The position numbers and the translations under genes are program-made. Under the pieces are notes generated by a model. The model saw only the letters and a list, made by a program, of their open reading frames with translations. It did no database searches and was not told the DNA's origin. Shown piece by piece: positions 9,548 to 18,500 of a stretch of 64,000 nt of DNA. Each line of letters opens with the position of its first letter. The first letter of the stretch is position 1. Origin of the DNA: Ignavibacteriota bacterium (GTDB taxonomy: Bacteria > Bacteroidota > Ignavibacteria > UBA10030 > UBA6906); assembly GCA_963801355.1 (NCBI GenBank), contig CAWDEM010000004.1:768001-832000 (forward strand). Reading direction: 5' to 3'.

Positions 9548-10573
9548 TCATTCGGGCGCTGTCATTCTTCCTCGGCGCTGTTTTCCTCGTTGCCGGCGTT
9601 GGGAAAGCTTCTCATGATCGGAACGTTCGCGGCAACCGTGGCAGCCCTGGTACCCGCCACACACGCAGTTGCCCCCGGCGTGGCGATGGTCATTGTAGCA
9701 ATTGAGATCGCCGGAGCACTCGCGCTACTCGCGGATTACAGGACGAGGATGATCTCTCTGCTCTTTTGTGTCGTGGTGGGTGCCTTCATCTGGGTGCTCT
9801 CCGCAGCAATTCTATCCGGGGAAGAGATGAGCTGCAACTGCTTCGGTATCATAGGGATAGCCCTGAGTAATACGCAGGAATTGTTCCTTGACCTTGTGTT
9901 GTTCAATGCCTTTGCCGTCCTGGCCGCCTGCACTCCCCGCCGCGACGCAGTGCCGTCTGGAGGAGATGCGAGTACCGGAGTGAGTGCACGACTCGTTGCC
10001 GGAGGGATGCTTGTACTGCTGGAAGTATTGCTGGTTCTGTTGGTTCTGCGCGGGGGAACAGACAGAAGCGGATTGACATTCGATGCGGTGATTGGCTTTG
10101 CCGAACGCGCAGACGCTCGATTTGCCGCACGCGACAACGGAAACCGCGGCCTGCTGCTCATGAACTATACCGACCTGAACTGCCCTCTGTGCCTGGATGA
10201 TTTCACTGTCTTGCTGGATTCCCTCGAATCAAGATTCGGTGAAAACTCAGACCGGGTGCTTCTGGTCTTCAAAGAAGATCAATTCATCAGGTCCGATTCC
10301 TCGCGACATATGCGGCGGTGGATTGCCGCCAACGGAATCGCGTTTCCCGTGTTCGTCGCGCCTGATTCCGTGTTCGACAGGACCCGGTTTGAAAAGAGCA
10401 CGGCTCTCGTCATCGACCGGCGAAATCATGTACTGCTCGCGGAACGGTTCCCCATGGGCATCACAAAGCGGACAGTTGCTCTTCACCTCCTCGATTCTTC
10501 TGGCTCGATAATTTCGAATTCAGGGACATTGCCTGTATCCAGGATGCGAACAGAGACACTCTTGCCTTTCTGA
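9544..10573 (+). CDS. MauE/DoxX-family membrane protein fused to a thioredoxin-like domain (apparent +1 frameshift near 9601-9607)
   Basis: ATG 9544 overlaps the upstream stop (ATGA) and reads 'MIIRALSFFLGAVFLVAGVGK'. Removing one base in GGGAAAG joins it to 'LLMIGTFAATV...'. MauE-type 'SCNCFG' and a C-terminal 'NCPLC' CxxC motif are present. Confidence 0.78.
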
Positions 10574-12522
10574 GGAATTACGACGGTGTAGGTTGTGGAA
10601 TCGCGCTGGATTGTCACATTGCCGGCGGCAGTGCCGGTAGTCGGAAGAAGCGCTGTAACGAGACAGACCTCTTTCCCGGGTTGAACCGTGCTTACGTCGG
10701 CGTACGGGTGCCGGCGGGAAACTTCAAGCGGGATATCCGGAAATGCCGATGTGAATCCCGTGCCTGCTGAGGAGGCGGCAAACCCGAACAAGCTCGCCGA
10801 AGGTCTCCGTACGACAAATCCCTTTTCGTTCGCCTCAATTGCTCCCTTCGCGTCGGAGTTGTGCGTGTAGAAGCGGGCCTGCACCGTCGACGGCGTGGAG
10901 TGCTTGATTACCTTATCCACGATGATTACGGCGGGGATTCGGGTGAGTGTGATGACCGTGCGTGTTATTGCTGCGACATCCGGTTGGACCAGCTTGTAGG
11001 CCGGTGTTGCGTCGCTTGTCCAGTAGAGACATCCGTCCCGTTCACCGCAGCGGATGATCGACGCCGATGCAAGAGACGCGTTCGTACCGTCATGTCCATC
11101 AACGTACTGGTGTCCCTGTCCGTCGATAAGGACGGCGCTGTGCCCGGCTGTGAGCCGCATCTTCCACGACGGGTCACGGAATCCATAGGGCGGACGCATG
11201 GGATCGACGATCAGGCGTTCACCGTAGCATTTGAGCATCATACCGTTCCGGTCTGCGTGCTCATGATTGAACGGCTGGCCGCTCCGCATTGCGACAACAA
11301 GGTCGTCGGTTGCATATCCGGTGCGCCCGACAACCCAGTCCAGGTCCGAGTGCCAGAGATGAGTCGATTCCCGGGGCGGGGTTGCGCGAAGGGTAGTATC
11401 ATAATAGAGCACGGACCAGATATCGCGTGACACTGCCATATTCTCGCCGAACCAACGGGCAAGGCCGCTGCGCGTCTGCCGGGAAATCCAGAATGGAACA
11501 GAGGCATGAGATCCGGTGCTCGCATCACCAAAGTTGACGGTGGTTGTGGGGTCTTCGCGGGAAGGGAAGGTCATCTCGAGCATATAGGTCTGGTAACCGT
11601 CCCAGTTCAGGAGGTCGGTCAGATCCGCAACGCCTCCCCGTTTGAGCGCATCGATGGCCTGGATGAGGTGCAGGGTGGTGTAGTGAGCGTACGAAACGCC
11701 TTCATTGTACGACCCGTCCTTCGCATAGATGTCGCCGAATGTGCCTACGCTGTAGGATGCCTGTTCCAGCCAGCGCCGCGTATCGGCATTCTCCCCGAAG
11801 TGATTCCGGTAGACCAGAGCGGCAAGGGCAAGGGCAGAAGCGGGAATGGCTTTGAGGTTGATCGTATTCAGTATGATCGGCCAGCGCGCCAGGCTGATGC
11901 CCCGATCGAGCGGGCGATGAACGAAAAAGGTGCTGGTTGTGTCCATGGTCCATCCCTTCACGCGGTCCGGATAGCGCATCCCGTACGTTGCCCGGAAACA
12001 CGGCTCTATCCCCCGGGCGGCCGTGGTCTGGAGCCACCGGTCGGTCTGCGACCCGGGGAGACGATCGCCCAGCGCTTCCACGACCAACGCGACGGCAAGG
12101 GCTGAATTGGGAGCCCGTTGGAGACCGATCACATCCTTCCCGCCCTCAAGAAAGTAGTCCCATTTCGGAAACTTCATGAGGGTCTCTATGCACTCTTCGG
12201 CAAGCAGGGCGGCATCCCGGTCGCCGGTGTAGAGATAGACAAGTGCCATCTGCTGGGCAAGAGTCCCCACGCGCTCGATGTCGAAGAGGTGGTCGTTGTA
12301 ATGCACACCGGTCCGAAGAAATGTTCGTTCCCGGGCCCGGTCGACAGTGTCCATCCGATGTCTGAGAGCTTCAAAGACCGGATGTGTGGAGTACAGCTGC
12401 CTGGACCGCGCAACATCGGAGCGGTCAAAGAACACGCCGTGATTGTTATCTGCGGCAAAGAAAGTGCACGAGAAGAGCGCGGTGAAACAGGCAATCAAAA
12501 GGTATCGCATGTGAGGCTTCAT
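10483..12522 (-). CDS. Heparinase II/III-like (alpha/alpha + beta-sandwich) secreted polysaccharide lyase
   Basis: Signal peptide; 'DGSYNEGVSYAHY', 'VNFGD', 'NHEHADRN', 'LIVDP', 'TAGHSAVLIDGQG'. Confidence 0.85.
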   Translation of the reverse strand: MKPHMRYLLIACFTALFSCTFFAADNNHGVFFDRSDVARSRQLYSTHPVFEALRHRMDTVDRARERTFLRTGVHYNDHLFDIERVGTLAQQMALVYLYTGDRDAALLAEECIETLMKFPKWDYFLEGGKDVIGLQRAPNSALAVALVVEALGDRLPGSQTDRWLQTTAARGIEPCFRATYGMRYPDRVKGWTMDTTSTFFVHRPLDRGISLARWPIILNTINLKAIPASALALAALVYRNHFGENADTRRWLEQASYSVGTFGDIYAKDGSYNEGVSYAHYTTLHLIQAIDALKRGGVADLTDLLNWDGYQTYMLEMTFPSREDPTTTVNFGDASTGSHASVPFWISRQTRSGLARWFGENMAVSRDIWSVLYYDTTLRATPPRESTHLWHSDLDWVVGRTGYATDDLVVAMRSGQPFNHEHADRNGMMLKCYGERLIVDPMRPPYGFRDPSWKMRLTAGHSAVLIDGQGHQYVDGHDGTNASLASASIIRCGERDGCLYWTSDATPAYKLVQPDVAAITRTVITLTRIPAVIIVDKVIKHSTPSTVQARFYTHNSDAKGAIEANEKGFVVRRPSASLFGFAASSAGTGFTSAFPDIPLEVSRRHPYADVSTVQPGKEVCLVTALLPTTGTAAGNVTIQRDSTTYTVVIPQKGKSVSVRILDTGNVPEFEIIEPEESRR

Positions 12523-12756
12523 GGCGTTTCCATGGTGAGATGGTGGGGGGTGACTCGTATATAAGAACCTATGGAATCGTCGCGCAAGAATCAATAATCC
12601 CCGTCCACGGTGCGCAGTTTCTTGAATCTTTCCGTCGGAATCTCCCCTTTCGAATTTTCCCTGCAGGAAGTGCTCCTTGACATTCCATCTCCACTGGCGT
12701 ATCATTTATACGATTGCCAGGCCCTGTTTTCACCCTCCCCGGAATCGAGCACGAGC

Positions 12757-13305
12757 ATGAAGCTGCACCTTGGTTGCGACAAACGCTACATACCCGGTTT
12801 CACGCACATTGACCTTGCCGACTATCCCCATATTGACCATCGGCATGACATCCGGACTCTTCCGATGATCGCCGACAACGCCGCGGAACTCATCTATGTC
12901 TGTCACGCGCTGGAGTATTTTGACCGCGTGGAAGTTCTTGATGTGCTCCGTGAGTGGCGCCGGGTGCTACGGGAGGGCGGTGTCTTACGGGTCGCCGTGC
13001 CCGATTTCGAAGCATTGATCCAGGTGTATCAGAAGCACGGCGACCTGTCGCTGATCCACGGACCACTGTTCGGCAGGTGGCAAATACACGCGGCATCGGG
13101 TGTGCAGTGCATCTATCATCGCACGACGTACGATTTCAAGGCACTCCGGGGCGTTCTGGAATCGGCCGGCTTCACAAACGTGCACCGCTATGATTGGCGC
13201 ACAACACTCCACCGGGACTTTGATGACTATTCCCAGGCTTATATTCCTCATATGGATAAAGAGCATGGCATGCTGATCAGTCTCAACGTGGAGGCGGTGA
13301 AGTGA
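12757..13305 (+). CDS. SAM-dependent methyltransferase (Methyltransf_11-like, glycan-cluster type)
   Basis: 'KLHLGC', 'HALEYF', 'LREWRRVLREGGVLRVAVPDF', 'SLNVEAVK'. Confidence 0.85.
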   Translation: MKLHLGCDKRYIPGFTHIDLADYPHIDHRHDIRTLPMIADNAAELIYVCHALEYFDRVEVLDVLREWRRVLREGGVLRVAVPDFEALIQVYQKHGDLSLIHGPLFGRWQIHAASGVQCIYHRTTYDFKALRGVLESAGFTNVHRYDWRTTLHRDFDDYSQAYIPHMDKEHGMLISLNVEAVK

Positions 13306-13309
13306 GTTC

Positions 13310-13597
13310 CGGACCTTCACCGGCGACATTGAAGTATTGTCAATGAGATACCTGCAGTCAATGGTGTCAAAGTGCCTTGTGGTCGGGCATGCACCGGCGG
13401 AGTTGACCGCGCTCTTCGGCTACAATCCCGTGGTTGAACTCGACATGCATGATCCGGCCGCACACATTCTGGCACTTCTTAACGATCCCCGAGCATACGC
13501 ACCGTTGATCGAGCGGAACTACGAGACGGTCGTGCAGCGCCACACCTGGCATCACCGGTGGGCCATGATAGCAAAAGTCCTTTTCCCCGACGCTTGA
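13310..13597 (+). pseudogene. C-terminal fragment of a glycosyltransferase (GT-B C-terminal-like)
   Basis: Reads '..TGDIEVLSMRYLQSMVSKCLVVGHAP..FGYNPVVELD..ERNYETVVQRHTWHHRW'. There is no room for an N-terminal domain after the methyltransferase stop. Confidence 0.6.
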
Positions 13598-13670
13598 TTC
13601 CGGTTTAGCCATTCCATATACTGCGTTTTCAAAAGCGCATTAGGCACCATCACACCTGAAGGAGGAACAA

Positions 13671-13928
13671 ATGAAGCTATTTCAATGGATTTGGGCCATC
13701 GTCATCGGTTTCGTCGTGGGCCTGATTGCCCGTGCCCTGATGCCCGGCGTGGATCAAATGGGATTCATTGCGACCACGGTCATCGGGATCCTTGGTTCGT
13801 TCGTCGGAGGATATATCGGCGCGCTGATCAAGAAACCTGCGGAAGGGGCGAAATTCCATCCGGCCGGCTTCATTATGTCAATCGTAGGTGCAGTCCTCCT
13901 CCTGCTGATCTGGCGATTAGTCCAATAG
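13671..13928 (+). CDS. GlsB/YeaQ/YmgE (transglycosylase-associated) membrane protein
   Basis: AAGGAGG RBS; 'IGFVVGLIARALMPG', 'IGILGSFVGG', 'SIVGAVLLL'. Confidence 0.92.
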   Translation: MKLFQWIWAIVIGFVVGLIARALMPGVDQMGFIATTVIGILGSFVGGYIGALIKKPAEGAKFHPAGFIMSIVGAVLLLLIWRLVQ

Positions 13929-13930
13929 AC

Positions 13931-14002
13931 AGTGCTTTTAGAACAGCACTTTCGGATTCGCACCGATGAAGTTCGGACCGATGGTGAAGGGCCATTCACC
14001 AT
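13931..14002 (+). terminator. Two hairpins downstream of the YeaQ-like gene (possible terminator)
   Basis: AGTGCT...AGCACT followed by a short T run; perfect 8-bp stem ATGGTGAA/TTCACCAT at 13981-14002. Confidence 0.35.
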
Positions 14003-14051
14003 ACGCGCTTGTATGCGGTGAGTAGGGTATGATCAATAGGAGAGCTTCCCC

Positions 14052-14654
14052 ATGACCGGAGAGACGATCCTGAGCATTATCACGGGGCTTGCACTGAGTG
14101 CCGCATGCGGCTTTCGTGTGTTCGTGCCCATGCTCGTGATGAGCATCGCCGGATATCACGGTCCCCCGCTCTCACTCCCTCCGGGCTTCGAGTGGTTTCA
14201 ATCATTGACCGGTCATCTCCCGCTCGCGGCGGGATTTGAGTGGATTGGCACGACCATCGCGATGAAGACCTTTGCAATTGCCACGGTGTGTGAAATTGCC
14301 GCATACTACATTCCGTGGTTCGACAACGCGCTTGATCACGTCACGACTCCCGTTGCAGTCATCGCCGGCGTGATGGTCATGGCATCCTCGATCACCGGTC
14401 TGAGTCCTTTTCTGCAATGGACTCTCGCCGTTGTTGCAGGCGGTGCGGCAGCAGGGTTAACACAGGGTGCGACCGTTGTTGCGCGGGGAGGCTCGACAGC
14501 CACGTCGCTCGGCACCACCAACTGGATCGTCTCGACAGCCGAGTGGGTGGGTTCGTTGTTCCTTTCACTAATTGCCCTGTTGATTCCGGCGATTATTTTA
14601 ATCATCCTCGGTGCCATTTTGGTGTACACCTCTCGCCGCAAGAAAGCTGCTTAA
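14052..14654 (+). CDS. DUF4126 family membrane protein
   Basis: 'GLALSAACGFRVFVP', 'EIAAYYIPWFDNALD', 'LAVVAGG', 'NWIVSTAE'. Confidence 0.88.
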   Translation: MTGETILSIITGLALSAACGFRVFVPMLVMSIAGYHGPPLSLPPGFEWFQSLTGHLPLAAGFEWIGTTIAMKTFAIATVCEIAAYYIPWFDNALDHVTTPVAVIAGVMVMASSITGLSPFLQWTLAVVAGGAAAGLTQGATVVARGGSTATSLGTTNWIVSTAEWVGSLFLSLIALLIPAIILIILGAILVYTSRRKKAA

Positions 14655-14685
14655 GGCCTGCGGGGGAAACAATGAGGGCTGTGCT

Positions 14686-15489
14686 ATGGCACGCGTGTGG
14701 ATCATCAGAAGTATCCTCTCTGCAGCCACAATGTGGCTCCCCTTCAGCGCTCACCAATCTCTGGCACAGGGTCGCATGGAAACAGGTTTTCTTGACAGGT
14801 TCATAGATTTCGAAGGGTCGAGCTATCATTATCAGGTCTATGTCCCGTCTTCGTACGCGCCGAGCGAGCGCTGGCCCGTCATCCTTTTCCTTCACGGGAT
14901 GGGAGAGCAGGGTCGTGACGGTCTGCTGCAAACACAGGTGGGCCTCGCGGCGGCGATCCGGCAGCATCCTTCACGCTTTCCGGCAATCGTTGTTTTTCCC
15001 CAGGCACCGAAGGATTCACTCTGGGTGGGGACCACGGCGCACATGGCAATGGCGGCACTCGGCAAAACAACGGAGGAATTTCAGATCGATACGGGGAGAG
15101 TGTACCTCACGGGGCTCTCGATGGGTGGAAACGGCTCGTGGTATCTTGCGTACCGCAACCCGGCTATGTTTGCGGCGGTTGTGCCGGTGTGCGGTTGGGT
15201 CACCCCCTTCAAACGACATTATCAAATCGTCGAGACCGTAATCCCTGTTGCCGAGAAAGCACCATTTGAGGCCCTCGCCGCCCGCCTGGCCCGCGTGCCG
15301 ATCTGGATATTCCATGGTGAAGCAGACGCCTCAGTGCCGGTGGACGAATCGCGGCAGGCCGCAGCCGCGCTCACTGCTGCCGGGGCGGCCGTGCAATACA
15401 CCGAGTTGCCCGGCATCGGACACAATTCCTGGGACGCAGCATACGGGTCGCTCAAGTTCACCACCTGGTTGTTTCAACAGAAGCGGTGA
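14686..15489 (+). CDS. Exported alpha/beta hydrolase (phospholipase/carboxylesterase-like)
   Basis: 'WPVILFLHGMGE', nucleophile elbow 'TGLSMGG', 'WIFHGEADASVP', 'GHNSWD'. Confidence 0.88.
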   Translation: MARVWIIRSILSAATMWLPFSAHQSLAQGRMETGFLDRFIDFEGSSYHYQVYVPSSYAPSERWPVILFLHGMGEQGRDGLLQTQVGLAAAIRQHPSRFPAIVVFPQAPKDSLWVGTTAHMAMAALGKTTEEFQIDTGRVYLTGLSMGGNGSWYLAYRNPAMFAAVVPVCGWVTPFKRHYQIVETVIPVAEKAPFEALAARLARVPIWIFHGEADASVPVDESRQAAAALTAAGAAVQYTELPGIGHNSWDAAYGSLKFTTWLFQQKR

Positions 15490-15523
15490 ACGGTCCGCAC
15501 GTCTTCACGTGCGGTCGGGCAGC

Positions 15524-16065
15524 TCACTGCGGTGTCTGTGTCAATCGGGAAGTGTCATAGCCCTGACGGGTGATCCGCTCAAGGATCCCGGCATAGGTGG
15601 CGGCGTCCAACGACGGAGATCGTGCGAGAATCCACAGGTACTCGCGACTTGGTTCACCGACGACTACATAGCTGTAGTCGGCGGCAAGGTCAATCACCCA
15701 GTACTTTCCCCACACAAACGGAAGGAAGGAAAGTATGGCAGGGGCGAACCGGACTTCGAGTTTGGAGTTGGGTTCGTCGTCGCTCATCCTGCGGACTTTT
15801 CCAACAGCCTCCGTTGTTTCTCCGTCGGCCTGACGACATCGATTCACCACTTTGATGGTGCCGTCTTCAAGAAGCGTGTAGGTCGCGGTCACGTCGCCGG
15901 CGCATTTACGCTGAAACGTGTTGGGAAAACGGGCAATTTCGTGCCACGTGCCGACATACCGCTGGAGATCGATGCTGGGAACCACCTCCACGGGTTTCTG
16001 CTGATGGGGTCCCCGGCGCCCTGTGGGGCAATCGGAATGACGAGTGCTGAGATCAAGAGCAGCAT
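15524..16065 (-). CDS. Bacterial lipocalin (Blc-like); signal peptide in a different frame (probable 1-base deletion near 16000-16030)
   Basis: 'VPSIDLQRYVGTWHEIARFP', 'YWVIDL..DYSYVVVGEPSREYLWILAR'. Upstream 'MLLLISALVIPIAPQG' with an AAGGA RBS is out of frame. Confidence 0.85.
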
Positions 16066-16151
16066 ATTCATATCCTTATTCCTCAGTCGGTGGTACAAGT
16101 ATCATAGTGTAACATTCTTTCTCAAAAGAAGGAATATCCTTCTTTGAGGCT

Positions 16152-17417
16152 ATGGGAATGCCACTTCTCAACGAAGCCGAGAAGCTCACCCGCAAGCACT
16201 ATCAGATTCTCTTCATGAGCTGGGCGGGATGGGTCTTCGATTTCTACGACCTGATTCTCTATACATTCCTGCTCATTCCCATCGGACAGGAATTACACCT
16301 CTCCAATGTGCAATTGTCTCTGGTCCTCGGCGCTTCACTGGGCGCAACGGCGATCGGCGGGGTGGTGTTCGGCATCCTCGCGGACAAGTACGGACGAAAG
16401 AGCGTCCTTCAATGGACCATTCTCACATACAGCGCCGGGACACTCCTGAGCGGCCTGTCTCCAAACGTTGAACTCCTGATAGTCTTCCGCATCATTACCG
16501 GGATGGGTGTCGGCGGGGAGTGGGCGACAGGTCAGACCTATGTGGGTGAGGCGTTCCCTGCGCGGGTCAGGGGACGGTACGGTGCGTTCATGCAAACCGG
16601 TGCCCCGATCGGGGTCGCGCTAGCGTCTGCCGTGGGCGGATTCGTTGCTCCGGTAATCGGATGGCGGGCCTCCTTCTTCGTTTCATTCCTGCCGGCGGTG
16701 CTTGTCATTTTCATCCGGAAACAGCTGCCGGAGTCCGATGTCTGGATCGCACGGCAGGAGCTCTCCGCACAGAAGGGAGGAAAGCAGGTTTCAGCTATCA
16801 GCGATCTTAGAGAGAAGGTGAAGCTCCTCTTGACATCCTACAGAAAGTACTTCGTCCTTGCGCTGATCCTTGCCATCTTTGACATGTCGGCATACTGGTT
16901 CACCTACTCCTGGCTTCCAGGATATCTCCACCAGGAACGGCAATTCTCTATGGTGAAATCGGCCGTCTGGGTTCTCGTGACACAGGCCGGCGGGTTTCTC
17001 GGATACTTCACGTTTGGCTTTGTGGCTGACAGTCTCGGGCGACGTCCCGCCTATTCCATATACTCTGTCGTCATGGCTCTCGGGCTTGTCATGATCACCC
17101 TCCTGTGGGACCTCATCGCAGCGGAGCCCGCCGTTATTCTGGTGTTCATGTTCCTGGTGGGATTCGGGACGGGGATGTTCGGCGGGTACGGTCCGTTGTT
17201 TGCTGAACTCTTCCCGACGGACATCAGGAGTACCGCGATGGGTTCCGCATTCAATCTGGCCCGAGGCGTGCAGTTCTTTACGCCGGTCGCGATCGCCGTG
17301 ATTGCGCAATCCTACGGTCTCTCAGGAGGAATTTTTGTGGCGGCACTTTTTGCCCTCCTGACTGGTGCATGGATATGGACATTCCCGGAAACACGAGGGC
17401 GAAAGCTGGAGGTGTGA
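16152..17417 (+). CDS. MFS transporter (sialate/carboxylate:H+ symporter-like)
   Basis: 'WVFDFYD', 'FGILADKYGRK', 'GMGVGGEW', 'ELFPTDIRSTAMG..FNLAR', 'PETRG'. Confidence 0.9.
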   Translation: MGMPLLNEAEKLTRKHYQILFMSWAGWVFDFYDLILYTFLLIPIGQELHLSNVQLSLVLGASLGATAIGGVVFGILADKYGRKSVLQWTILTYSAGTLLSGLSPNVELLIVFRIITGMGVGGEWATGQTYVGEAFPARVRGRYGAFMQTGAPIGVALASAVGGFVAPVIGWRASFFVSFLPAVLVIFIRKQLPESDVWIARQELSAQKGGKQVSAISDLREKVKLLLTSYRKYFVLALILAIFDMSAYWFTYSWLPGYLHQERQFSMVKSAVWVLVTQAGGFLGYFTFGFVADSLGRRPAYSIYSVVMALGLVMITLLWDLIAAEPAVILVFMFLVGFGTGMFGGYGPLFAELFPTDIRSTAMGSAFNLARGVQFFTPVAIAVIAQSYGLSGGIFVAALFALLTGAWIWTFPETRGRKLEV

Positions 17418-17543
17418 TCCGCCGGATGACTCCCGGCACTTTGGCATAGGACTCCACATTGCTTTTGCACGTCATATCGCGTACTTTCTCAACAGGAACT
17501 GCAAACCTACCTCCCCACTGCAACACTTATGAAAGGTCAGATC

Positions 17544-17750
17544 ATGTCCATCGCACGCGTAACCGAAATCACGTCTTCTTCCACAAAGAGTTTCGAAGAT
17601 GCGATTGTGGTTGGCATCAAACGTGCCAACAAGACCCTCCAGAATGTCAAAGGCGCCTGGATTCAGGATCAGAAGGTGGTCGTCGAAGACGGCAAGATCA
17701 CCGAGTACCGGGTCAACATGAAGGTCACATTCGTGTTGAAGGCAGTCTGA
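17544..17750 (+). CDS. Dodecin family protein
   Basis: 68 aa; 'SSTKSFEDAI..GIKRANKTL', 'ITEYRVNMKVTF'. Confidence 0.93.
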   Translation: MSIARVTEITSSSTKSFEDAIVVGIKRANKTLQNVKGAWIQDQKVVVEDGKITEYRVNMKVTFVLKAV

Positions 17751-18446
17751 ATGCGTGCACTTCATTTTGAGCAGCACTATGCAGAGCGCATAGGGTGGTT
17801 GCGTGCCGCGGTCCTGGGTGCCAACGATGGTATCGTTTCGACGGCCAGCCTGGTAGTGGGAGTCGCCGCTGCACAGGCGGCCCGCAGCGATGTGTTGGTC
17901 GCCGGGGTGGCCGGGCTCGTTGCAGGCGCCATGTCGATGGCGGCAGGGGAATATGTCTCGGTCAGTTCCCAGTCAGACACCGAGAGAGCCGATTTGAATC
18001 GTGAACGCGCCGAACTGAAAGCTGACGAGGAATTCGAACGCCAGGAGCTTGCCGCAATCTACGTGAAGAGGGGCCTTGACGATTCGTTGGCACAACAGGT
18101 CGCCGTCCAGCTGATGAAGCACGACGCGCTTGGGGCCCATGCCCGCGACGAACTCGGGCTATCGGAATTGCATACTGCCCGGCCGATCCAGGCGGCACTG
18201 GCATCGGCAGCAACATTCTCGGTAGGTGCAGCTTTGCCCCTGGTGATGACCCTGGTAAGTCCGTCTTCGATCCTTATTCCTTTCGTGGCTGGAAGTTCTC
18301 TCGCGTTTCTGGCGCTCATGGGCGGCGTGGCCGCCCGGGTCGGCGGCGCACCTATCGCCGTTGGTGCGGGCCGCGTAGCATTCTGGGGAGCTCTGGCGAT
18401 GGCCATCACGGCTTCTGTGGGTGCAATGTTCGGCGCCATTGCTTGA
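17751..18446 (+). CDS. VIT1/CCC1 family Fe2+/Mn2+ transporter
   Basis: 'WLRAAVLGANDGIVS', 'SMAAGEYVSVSSQ', 'HARDELG'. Confidence 0.93.
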   Translation: MRALHFEQHYAERIGWLRAAVLGANDGIVSTASLVVGVAAAQAARSDVLVAGVAGLVAGAMSMAAGEYVSVSSQSDTERADLNRERAELKADEEFERQELAAIYVKRGLDDSLAQQVAVQLMKHDALGAHARDELGLSELHTARPIQAALASAATFSVGAALPLVMTLVSPSSILIPFVAGSSLAFLALMGGVAARVGGAPIAVGAGRVAFWGALAMAITASVGAMFGAIA

Positions 18447-18500
18447 GTCCTTTCTCTGCCCGTTTCCTCCGTTCTTTCTTCCACTCAAAGGGGAGTTATC

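Noticed and set aside
9600-9610. GGGAAAG as a programmed -1 frameshift site
   Set aside because: Joining the two MauE frames needs a +1 shift, and the heptamer is not phased in the upstream frame. An indel is simpler.
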